A stretch of 63,896 nt of DNA, the filler included, from Dugesia japonica (Eukaryota), in the NCBI GenBank assembly GCA_001938525.1. It is 6 parts of 6 records of this genome, joined end to end, with 100 filler letters (N's around TTAATTAATTAA, not from the genome) between each part and the next. Parts side by side here need not be neighbours in the genome. Positions count along the whole stretch, not along the records: positions 23,281 to 33,734 come from MQRL01635365.1; positions 33,835 to 42,371 come from MQRL01578304.1; 4 more parts are not named here. One strand, given 5' to 3'. This document shows, piece by piece, positions 26,157 through 36,955 of the stretch. The notes under the pieces are model-generated. The model made no database searches, was not told the origin of the DNA, and saw only the letters and a list, made by a program, of their open reading frames with translations. Each line of letters begins with the position of its first letter. The stretch's first letter is position 1. The position numbers were made by a program, and so were the translations under genes.

Positions 26157-26495
26157 CACGCTACTCCATTCCATTACCAACCTCCAGCTCCCCCACCAGT
26201 AGTTCAGGCCTTTATATATATATAATATATACCCATAATAAAATATATTATTACCGTAAATGAACTCTTTATTCTTTTCTATTTAAAAATGTTTTATTAA
26301 ATACCGATGATGAATGAGTAAAATGAGTGAATTTATTCATATTAGAGATGTCAATCCATGATAGATTATTATTAATTACCATTCCGCTTATTATTAAGGT
26401 TGAATATAAATGGTGAAAATTGAAGCCAAATAACAAGAAATTTATTTTTTCAACAAATATATTACCTACTTCGGGAATCCAATAATNTCTCAGCA

Positions 26496-27043
26496 ATGGA
26501 TGGATTGTATCTCGTCCAACAAACCAGAGATAAAGTTATCAAATGCACCACTTGCAAACAAGAAGCTCTATTACTGCAAGGAATAGAGAAATTACCAAGG
26601 AAAATATTCCATCACCCAAATTGCTCAAACCAATCAACGAGGAAGAAATACAAACAACAGCATGCAGAATCGAATGGAATATGTCACGTATCCGAATAGA
26701 AATGGCAGCTGAATTACAAATCAATAGACTGCATAATATCCTAAAGACAAGTCAGGAAAATATCAAGCAACTGATAAAACAAACAGTCGCTGAGAAAGGT
26801 ACTGAGTTAATCACGTCATACGAATTATACCAAAGATCATGTAAACTAGTAGAACCTCAAGTGAAATATGAGCAAGAATGGGCATTAATCGATAATAATT
26901 GTGTTATCTGCTTAGAAGGAATCATCGAGGTTGTATTCCTGCCATGCGGACATTTTAAGACCTGCTATAAGTGCGCTGTAAATCTAAATGAATGCCTTGT
27001 GTGCCGGAAGGTAATCGAACGTAGGGTATTGGGAATAAAATAA
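26496..27043 (+). pseudogene. IAP-like gene (degenerate BIR-like Zn motif + C-terminal C3HC4 RING), one frameshift near 26625; true start probably upstream
   Basis: AMDGLYL...DKVIKCTTC-x18-HHPNC then, in the shifted frame, CVICLEGIIEVVFLPCGHFKTCYKCAVNLNECLVCRKVI. Confidence 0.75.
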
Positions 27044-27156
27044 ACTTAAAATAAACTTTTAGTAAATAAACTTAAAATGTAAATAATGTATAATTATCTA
27101 TATATAACTGTCAAAATAATGGTATAACAAAATAACCACTTTCTCTAATTTTAGAA

Positions 27157-28328
27157 ATGAACAACGAAAACTTAATCACCCATCTCCGCAACGAGATTCA
27201 AATATTGCAAATTCAAACTCGAACCCTTACCACTATATCTGAAGTCCTAAAATGGAAACTGGAGTCCAAAATAGATGCACTGTCCAACTTTCAATTACAA
27301 AAATACAACAGTGANNNNNNNNNNNNNNNNNNNNNNNNNNNNNNNNNNNNNNNNNNNNNNNNNNNNNNNNNNNNNNNNNNNNNNNNNNNNNNNNNATAAA
27401 AAGCAACATCGATGCCAACAGAGCAAAAATCAACGCCATTAAACAGGCTCGGATTTGGAAAAGTAAATACGAGGAAGTTGAACCCAAAAGAAAAGAGGTA
27501 GAGAACCAATTATCCATCGAACAAAAAAATAGTCAAATCCTTAGGATGGAATTGTTCAACATGCAGTTTGAGAAAAGTCATCTCGCTACTGAAAATCAAC
27601 TTCTGATAAGTTTGGCAAATCGAGAGGGGGTGAAGGCTGGCATCGATAAACTATCTCTGGAATTCGAGAGCATAATTCAGGATTATCAACAAAAAAATGA
27701 GTTTTTACAACAATACATAGAAGCCTTGGAACAGGAGATTCTTGAACTAAGTACACTCTGCCGAGAAAAAGAAAATGAGATCGCAGAAAAACAACAACAC
27801 TTAATTGAAACATTCTCCGAAATTAAGAAACTTCTGAAATCTTATACAATTCGCCAACCTATCTCCCACCCAATAATGTTAGCAACTCCTCTCCAGCCAA
27901 GTGGTCTAACCACCTTCAATTCTCCCAAATCAACCTTAAACCATGCTGCTCCTGAATGGCAACCAACAATCTCAGGCCTATCAAGACAATCCACCCCATT
28001 AATATTTCAAGATCTCATAGTAGCTCCAGTTAAAACTAGGATACCCGAGTGGATAAATAAAATAATCGATTAGGCTTCCTACATAACTCCAACATCCTCC
28101 ACAATTCCCACCCAACATAGAAAACCGGTCCCATTGGTAATTCAAGAACCTCAAAGCATTTGTCTCAGTTCTGTAAAACTCAGTCAGATACCCAGTAAAA
28201 CCTCAGTAATCGACAACAATCAATTTAAAAGAAACCTATCCCAATCAATAGTAACCGAAATGCTACGGAAATATGGCTCTGATATACAACCGAACAACCA
28301 GAACAACCTAGTAGATGAAGTCGACTAG
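27157..28328 (+). pseudogene. Long coiled-coil protein with P/S/T-rich tail (gap inside; one in-frame TAG at 28071-28073)
   Basis: CTAAT..TTTTAG|AA ATG; ORFs 27546-28073 and 28134-28328 are in one frame; AATAAA at 28349. Confidence 0.6.
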
Positions 28329-28549
28329 AACGATCTAGGACCGATGTAAATAAACTGTAAATAATAACTAAATGATTCAATGAATTAACAAACTCTGAAT
28401 GTATCAACGTACACTGTATTTAAATGTATATCGTAGAACAAGTTTTATGTATGCGTCATGGGATAACATGTAATGACCTTAAAATTTTGCCTTGTCTGTT
28501 AATTTTCATTAGGGTTGAGGGGTTTTCTGCAACAGGGNGGAATTACGGC

Positions 28550-28588
28550 AAATTCCGGGACGGAATTTAAACAAGACGGAGAGCGATT
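28550..28588 (+). promoter_or_regulatory. Gypsy-type 3' hairpin and polypurine tract upstream of a 3' LTR
   Basis: AAATTCCG-GGA-CGGAATTT perfect hairpin, then AAGACGGAGAG, then TGTTGGGG. Confidence 0.65.
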
Positions 28589-31241
28589 TGTTGGGGTGAA
28601 ACACCCAGTAGAATGAGAAATCAAAGGGAGTCAATAAACATTCACCATCAAAACAAAAATAGTGTCACGGGGAGGAAGTAGAAAATAAAACAAGAAGAAT
28701 CGGGATCACATTGATAAACGAGAATAGAAAGACTCAAAGGATTAATGGTATTAATTATATAATCGGAAGAATTAATAAAATTAATAAAGAAAATGGCTAA
28801 CGAAAAAGAAAATAATTACAAAAAATAACAATTAATTTAAACGAAAAAAATTAATTAAAATTGAGACAAAATCCGTTTTAACCGAATAACTTCGCTCAAG
28901 GAAATCGGAAAGAATTCGGACAAAAAAATATGAAAAGAAAACAACAAGATGCATTGAAAATGCTAAAAGACGAAAACTTACCACCATTCCGAGGGTTGCT
29001 GCAGGGTCCTGAAGATCGGGCCAATAAGAATCCTAAAAATAAAAATAAAACAAAGACACAATTTTCAGGTGTCTCTCTAAAAATAGCTGCCAATTGTGGC
29101 ACCAAAACTTGAAGAAAATTGTAAAAATAGTTGTTTTTTCTGCTAAAAACAAGGGTCCTTTTATAGGATTTGACTTACACTCCGACTTCTTCTAGATTTG
29201 CTGATTATTTTTAGAGCAGCTTTTTTTTTGATTTCATTGGTTCCATCGTCAATTTTCTACAACTCACGAAAACAAATTTTACACCGATCCTCAACATACA
29301 ACTCAAAAGAATTTACTAATCAATTACCAGACTCGCATTAAGTTACAAGAAAATATTATCTGTCAAGAAGGATTCACTTTCAGGAGGAAACTTTTTAGTA
29401 ATTTCTAAATAATTGAATATCAATTAATCTTATTTCAAGGATAAGTGAAGTAATCAGCAGAACCTAGACAAGAAAAATTAGTTCTCCGAGGAAACCGTTC
29501 TTATCAGTTACTACCGATTGCCAGCACTGTTGCAGAGACCCTCTAACTAATATTGAAAAGTAAAATATTATTTTTATTTATGTTAAAAGTTGTAATATTA
29601 TCAAATATGGAATATTATGTAGCTTAATAAATGATGTCATGATAAAAAATCTTAATTTGTTATATTTTCTCCTTTAAGATTGTTGATCTATAATAGATAA
29701 ATGATTAATCATTTTGTATGCAAATTAATTAAATAGAAAATTCCTTGAAAAATCAGTCTTAATTAATTAATTGATTTTGGAGTTAAAGTAGCTAATAGAA
29801 ATGTCATGAATTTACCTTACTTAAAAATAAAATTTTATTTTGCCCAAAGTGAAAGAACAGAAAATATGCACTATGAATAAGTGCAATACTTTTTCGATAA
29901 TCTTATAACAACCACCGATTAGAAATTTCATGAAAAGAAGAAGTTTTCAATGTTATTTATTTCTTATGTTAAAATCCCATATTCATTAGTTAACTGATTA
30001 ACTGCATCAATTAGATAGGCTACTGTTAACTTGGAGTGGGAATAGAATGACGAATAAACATCTCTGACTGTTAAATGATATTATACAGTAGATTCCGTGT
30101 TAGTTTTCATTAAATTAAAGGAAAAAGAGTTAATATTTAAATATGTTAAAGCTTAGTTAAACTGAGATCGGAACACACATATATATATATTAAAAAAATA
30201 CATGAACTAACCGATTCATCCATCCTGTTTTCATATTAATAATTTTTATAACAACACAAAATATAATATCCAAAATTGTAACTCAAGATAAATAAAACTC
30301 CAACAATTTATTTAGCAAAATTTATTGAACGATATTTACCTATTTCGATATTTAGCCATGATCATAAATCCGCAGGTTGTGATGATAGATGGCGGCGAAC
30401 GTGCTTAACTCAGGTTCTGACCGACTGTGTTTTCTGACATGGAATGGCCACAAGTAGTGCAGTAGAATGAGAATCCCTATCGCATTTTCCAATTTTCTAA
30501 AAGACAGTAAGCCATCACCTAAAATTATGACTGAAAAGTGATACTATTAGACAATGCTTGTGTTAATGCTTACTCTAACCAGACATACACACTCGAGAAT
30601 AATGACACACAACCCGACACTATTGCAAATCAAATCAATCCGTTAGTAAGGGGGATAATCACCAAGCAACGGTGATGCGTAAAAGTTTAAAAGTAAAAAG
30701 ATATATAAAAATACAAATTTTATAATTATTATAATTAATGCGATTTATAACCTTTAATGGTTCAAATCATCATTATTACAACTAGCAGTAACGGCCTTAA
30801 TTTTTTTATATGCAATAAACACCATATAACCCACATTACTATTAGTAATTTATCTAGAGCAACGCCACTCCCCTGACATAATATTCTATTAAATAGCGCT
30901 TTAAGATTATGATATTTATTTACCACAATGGTGCCATTCCTAGTGTCAAAATTAATATTTTTGGTTGTTACACACTTCGGTAATTAATTTTTCTCTAAGA
31001 TATTATTATGGCCAGAATAATTCGGTTTCTGTTGATTAATGTCGTGGTATTACTTAGTAGAATTTTTGCCAGTTATGCCATCCCAATTGATTTTAGTACA
31101 ATCAAAATTAATATCCTTCCCTTAAGAGTTATCCTGTTAATACTGTATACCCCGCAGGGTTATCAAGAGTCAGTGTCTATTATTCAGCTTAGGGGATTAA
31201 GTTATCAATTTAAGATGGTGGTTAATGATTTCATCTTTAGC

Positions 31242-31424
31242 ATGCCAGACAAATTATATCATACCCTGCGTTGGATTGACAAGCAGCGACGCCTCAGTCG
31301 GACGAAGCAGCCAATAGCTCACCTACTGATCAAAGGGGAAATAGAGCATCCAGACGAAACGAACCTGAGTTGCTTTGTAGAAATGTTTCCCTTAATGACA
31401 GAAACCGGTTTAGACGCAGAATGA
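31242..31424 (+). CDS. LTR cassette A, 60 aa
   Basis: CTTTAG|C ATG; MPDKLYHTLRWIDKQR...GEIEHPDETNLSCFVEMFPL; AATAAA at 31453. Confidence 0.7.
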   Translation: MPDKLYHTLRWIDKQRRLSRTKQPIAHLLIKGEIEHPDETNLSCFVEMFPLMTETGLDAE

Positions 31425-31543
31425 TTCGCGTTGTTAGTAGTGTTGTCATGAAAATAAATTATATGCGCTATCTTGTCGACGTTTTATAATTGTTTATGGA
31501 AATTTTGGTTTTATTCTAATCATTCTCATACTTTAATTAGGAG

Positions 31544-31945
31544 ATGGAATCTATTTGGGAATGCATAGTGGATTGACGCACCCGTAGAATAATTTTCCGG
31601 CGGCACCACAATCCCTACAATCGAGATGCCGGGATCTTAGTAGATAGATCAAATCTACCCCCCATTGAAGCAGCCGTTGCTCGTATCCAGAGCTTTGGAG
31701 AACGACTTAACTATCGCCAGTGGAATGGTCCTGAGCGTAACCACGCTACTCCATTCCATTACCAATCTCCAGCTCCCCCACCAGTAGTTCAGGCCTTCAT
31801 AGCTAATCTGCTCTGGGGCGTTAGGGAACCTTCCGGGGTGGAGGATGCGGAAAATACAGCTCCCCTGATACTACAAATCCCGACTCTTGATGTTATCCTG
31901 ATTTCAAATTTTGTGTTTCTTTTAATAAATAAGTGTCTTAAGTAA
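31544..31945 (+). pseudogene. LTR cassette B (one in-frame TGA)
   Basis: CTAAT...TTAATTAG|GAG ATG; MESIWECIVD*RTRRIIFRRHHNPYNRDAGILVDRSN...AFIANLLW. Confidence 0.65.
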
Positions 31946-32090
31946 TATTAACATACTCTTTAATCCATTGAGAAAATTGTCTTTAATAGTGTTATTCCAT
32001 GTTTTATGTTTTAAGTAAAATTGAGTAGATATTAGTAAATCAGTCATCAAGTCGATGAAGGGAAATGATTTTTATGATATTTTCTTTTAG

Positions 32091-32449
32091 TGCATTCTTC
32101 GTTAAATCGCCCCCCAGCTCCAACCAAGAAAATCAGAGACACCAGTGAGGACCGCGAAATGACGTGGGACCTCTACTGACTGGCCAAACGACGTTGGGAG
32201 GCGGAAGTGGCTAATGCGAATAGTAAAGTCCTCCGTTATAAGAAAAAGTGTATTCTTTTTAAAAAGGAAGCGGAGGCCTCCCATTTACAGGAGCGCACTT
32301 GGAAAAAACAAGTGAAATCTTTCTCAGAGATTATCCGGTCCGGCCATGACCGAGAAAATAAACTGGTTAACGATATTTTGATTCTCTGGGAGAAAATCCC
32401 ACTCGAGCCGCTAATGGTCGACAAAAGTACTCAGACGAGCCGCTCTTAA
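32091..32449 (+). pseudogene. LTR cassette C (frameshift + TGA), ends MVDKSTQTSRS
   Basis: TTTTAG|TG CAT TCT TCG TTA AAT CGC; aligns to 8566-8924. Confidence 0.7.
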
Positions 32450-32568
32450 CTTGATATTTCATTATTGTTTGAATTAATAAAATATTCATTTGTATGAGAT
32501 TCTTCTGTTACTTGTTTTCTCGAGGCATAGATGAGGTATTCATTAATTTAATTGTACTTTTCCTTTAG

Positions 32569-32945
32569 TGTCTCGTATCGTGTTTCCGACTAGTTTGAGG
32601 AGGTGCCACCGTATTCTGCGCCGTCTATTATTAGAGCGACACTTAAAACGCAAATCAGAACAAGCTCTTCTTAAGCACCTTGACCAGAGAAATCAGCTCA
32701 TAAAAAAATTGGATTTGGTAGTCNNNNNNNNNNNNNNNNNNNNNNNNNNNNNNAAAGCCCTAGAGGCAGAGAACAGGAAGTTGCTGTTAAGAAAAATAGA
32801 CTTCCTAAAACAATACATCTCTGATCTTTCCCGGCAGATTGGGAACTCCGCTTGGATTCATTGGGGCGATGATGAAGATATCACCGCCTTCAATTTTACA
32901 GTAGATGACCCAGATCAATGTGCTAGTGTGCTAAACGATCTATAA
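32569..32945 (+). CDS. LTR cassette D, ~125-aa basic/coiled-coil protein; no genomic ATG (AG|TG)
   Basis: CTTTAG|TG TCT CGT ATC; RIVFPTSLRRCHRI...KIDFLKQYISDLS.Q.GN..W..W.D; AATAAA after the stop. Confidence 0.7.
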
Positions 32946-35336
32946 ATGTTATAATAATAAATGTTCCGAGGAGTATTGGTTTAATTTTTGTGTAATTAAG
33001 GGAAGTTTTTGAACCAAAATACAAAGGTTTATGGGTGTGCACCTCCCATTAAGAGTGAGGTCAACCACCATGAACTGAATACCTACCCTAGGGGCGGTAG
33101 GGTAAATTCTTGAAAGAGTTCCCCTGCGGGCTGTTTTTCCCCAGCCGCATTAATTTTTCATTCAGCTCAGGTGGGACACCAACACTACTATTAATTGGAT
33201 CGGAAGTTTTGATTGGGTTACTCGCGCTTCTGAGACTATCACACTACAGACATTCCCAGAATATCCAAAATATATATTTTGGTGGCAAATACCCACAGAG
33301 ATAAGCACAATTAAACCTACTACTAACATAATAACATCAACCCCCATAAAGTTAAATATAACGATTAACTCGAGTTTAAACGACAATCATAAGATAAAAA
33401 TTAATACAGAAAGTACATATTTAAAATACATTATAAGAAATCGAAATTCAGACCTAAATAAATATTATAAAAATTATCAATACTATAAGAATAAGATTCT
33501 ACAACTTTGGGGCACTACAAAAAATCCAGAACCTGAAAGCAAAATAATAAAAAGAATTTCCTTATAATTTTGGGAACAGGTGTAATACTCTTCCTCGTAG
33601 CGTTTATAGTATCAATTTATCAAATTCACAAACGCTATAATTGGAAGAGACAGCGTTATCGGAGTCGCAATACCCCAAACTCACCGGACTATGTTCAATG
33701 GACACAAGTATAAACACTTTCCAAAATGTATATTNNNNNNNNNNNNNNNNNNNNNNNNNNNNNNNNNNNNNNNNNNNNTTAATTAATTAANNNNNNNNNN
33801 NNNNNNNNNNNNNNNNNNNNNNNNNNNNNNNNNNTTAGTGAATCGGTTATTAAGTTCTTATTGGTGTAAATGTTTGAAATATTTATATAAAGTTTAATTT
33901 GATAAAAACAATTCAATGTTAAATTGTTATAAGCAGATTTTCATATATTTTCTGGAAATATATATAAATTGAGAAAATTTGGATATTAATAAAATAGACA
34001 AACGAAAATTAAATATTATTTTTTTTTAAAAATAGCTTTTGCTGTTTTTTATGAAATATCTCCATCTTATGTCATTTGCGGATTTACAAGTAAATTTTCA
34101 GAAGTTTCGAAAGTGTTTGTCTGTTGAACCAATAGAAATCAGTTTATTTCACAATTATATTATCAGTCGAAATATTTTGTAATTACATTAGTATTCATCT
34201 TTTGGAAAACAAGTTAGCTATTTAAATTTTTATCTATATATTTATATTTATTATATTAAATTTAAGTACTTCGCTTACTTTTTAAGTCGCTATTTATTTT
34301 TCTTAATAATTTTTATTTTATATTATTTATTATAATTTATTAATTTTCAAGTTTTGCATTTATCGTTCAACTATTGGAAAAATAAAAATAAATTGCATAA
34401 CTAAAAAAATTTCTAAATTTTATTTTTTTAATATTATTTAATTATCTTTTTAAAAGAAATGTTTAAAAAATAAAAATTATTTTTAAAATTTCTAAAAGTA
34501 TATATAAATTTTGATTTTCAGAAATTATAGAAATTCTTTTTAAGAAAATTTAATATTAATAAGATTTAGTTATTAATAATAAACAATAAATAACCGAAAA
34601 TTAAAACGTAAAAACTTTTTTCCAAAATTAAATAAATGAATTAAATGACATATAACAAAAAAATCAGAAAAAAATTTTTTCTGTTATTGTAATACATTGG
34701 GAATATAAATCAAAATTTTATTTCTTTGATATATTCAATTAACAGGCAATTATCTCAGCATTATTTAAATAAAGCGTCTAATATGAAATTTGGCTGTACT
34801 TGAAATTCTGAGCAGAATTTTTAATAAATTATCAATTATCTTTTGGTATCAAAAGGAAAAATTAATAAAATTCTAAAATTTACATTTTATAAAATTTATT
34901 GGATTTCAATTGTCTTTAATTTTAAAAAATAATTAAATTAACTAAATGATTTNNNNNNNNNNNNNNNNNNNNNNNNNNNNNNNNNNNNNNNNNNNNNNNN
35001 NNNNNNNNNNNNNNNNNNNNNNNNNNNNNNNNNNNNNNNNNNNNNNNNNNNNNNNNNNNNNNNNNNNNNNNNNNNNNNNNNNNNNNNNNNNNNNNNNNNN
35101 NNNNNNNNNNNNNNNNNNNNNNNNNNNNNNNNNNNNNNNNNNNNNNNNNNNNNNNNNNNNNNNNNNNNNNNNNNNNNNNNNNNNNNNNNNNNNNNNNNNN
35201 NNNNNNNNNNNNNNNNNNNNNNNNNNNNNNNNNNNATCATTCTGTTATTTATATTCACCATATTTAAAAATGCAATTCGTGTGTAATTTATTAGAATACA
35301 ATTTTATTGAATTATTTTTAGTTCTGGATACTAATT

Positions 35337-35605
35337 TGGCGACCACATTAAATACAAGTGAACTGAATCGATTAATTTCGCAACCGAAGATGTTCTCCGC
35401 AAATATGGATGTAGAAGATTTCATTGTGGAAATAAGAAATTAATTTGATTTAATCCAAATTAATCCAAAACAAAGAAATATCTTAATTCGAGATTTTATG
35501 GACGAATAATCTAGAATGTAATTAGAGAAGCTCAATGATTCCGATAATTATGAAGAAAATCTACGAAAATTATACAGTAAATCCGGTAACCTTGTAGAAG
35601 ACTAG
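35337..35605 (+). mobile_element. Gypsy-like PBS + gag start, degenerate
   Basis: TGGCGACC then QPKMFSANMDVEDFIVEIRN*F. Confidence 0.5.
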
Positions 35606-36520
35606 CAAAATGCAGTAGGTAGATTTAAGTGCACTGGCTCAAAGTGAGTTACTATTTGAGTTACGTTTGATTGGTTGATGAAGATCAAAGTGATTTACGT
35701 TTGATTTATCAGTTGCGGGGAGAGCAAGTTTGGTTTTAATTGGCCTGGAAATTTAAAACAAAGATTTTTTCAGTGCGGTCACATCAACCGTATACGTTAC
35801 TAGTATTCGTGTAAATTTTTGATTTGACCCGTATGTATGTTGTGATTGATGCGACCCATATGAACATTACGAATGAATGATCTAATATATTTCTCTAATC
35901 ATTCTGTTATTTATTCATTTTAAATAAAAAATATAATTAATTTACAAAGTCGTTCGACATCTTGAGTATATTTTCTTTCAAGATGTTATATGGAAGTCTG
36001 TTTTTTGCACGGGAAATAGAATTGAAGTTTTAAAATAAAATCTTCCATTATTAGATCAATGTTTATACATGTTTTGGCTAAAACACAATCCCAATAATCT
36101 TCAAAATTCATATCTCTGGTTTCTTCTACGAAATCTAGAAATTTGTCGTTGACTATCTGGTTTGCTGATTCTAAAATAAAAATTTAAACAAATATACATT
36201 AAATAAATTTCTTACGTTTAAAGCTTACTATAACTTCTTCATTAAACTCTTTTTCTTATTCACTATCTTCATTTAGTTTTAGATGATCACAAGTCACTTC
36301 CATCTTTTGTTATTCATTAATTGTATTTTCTTCTTTATTCTTCTTCTTTATTATTTCTTTATTCATGTCTTCAATCAAATTTGCAATATCTTGATTTCGA
36401 AAAATAAGTGTAGTTGGGACACCAGTCTCAAAGCAATCTTCAAAGTTAGACATTGTTTAAAGGAGTAAATTTAATTTGAAAAGCATGTTCTATCCAATCA
36501 TATCAAATAAAATAAATAAT

Positions 36521-36621
36521 AACCAATCATAAAACCCATAACCAATCATATCTTTTAAAAGTGGTAACGACCAATAGAAATTAACAAATAATGAGAAAGT
36601 ATGTATCACATCAGTATATAA
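36521..36621 (+). promoter_or_regulatory. CCAAT-box cluster + TATA box
   Basis: ACCAATC at ~36522 and 36541, ACCAATAG at ~36570, TATATAA at 36615. Confidence 0.4.
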
Positions 36622-36955
36622 GCAGTGGTTTTCATAAAATTAATCACATGTACGATTCAAAAAATGCAAGAAACATCAAAGAATTCAAAAGATATGACAA
36701 TATAATTAACCCTATTTGGAAGATTAAAACTGTTCAAGATTTTTATTAATAAATGTTTTAAACCCTATTTTATTTATTTGTTTTCATTTAGTTATATACT
36801 ACTTTGTTAATTTTTATTAATGATATAAATAAAAACACAATTCAATTAACAAGATTTATTAAATATCACATTATTTGTTGTTTTCATGCATTTTTATGGC
36901 ACTAGTTTTGTATTTTTTCGAATGAAGGGTTCAAATCTGACATTATTTTATAAAC

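Larger units (their letters stand above)
28589..33184 (+). mobile_element. Gene-bearing giant LTR, copy 3, complete (4596 bp)
   Basis: TGTTGGGGTG...GACACCAACA termini, preceded by PPT; cassettes A-D and conserved terminal region. Confidence 0.8.

Noticed and set aside
31008-31241. Hydrophobic N-terminal extension of cassette A in the ORF track
   Set aside because: Not conserved in copy 1; homology starts at the ATG after the acceptor
25249-33184. Interpretation as a TIR DNA transposon (Ginger-like)
   Set aside because: Inverted match is under 10 bp, a hairpin plus PPT precedes 28589 and the layout is U3/U5-like, so an LTR fits better, although no gag-pol of this family is in the window
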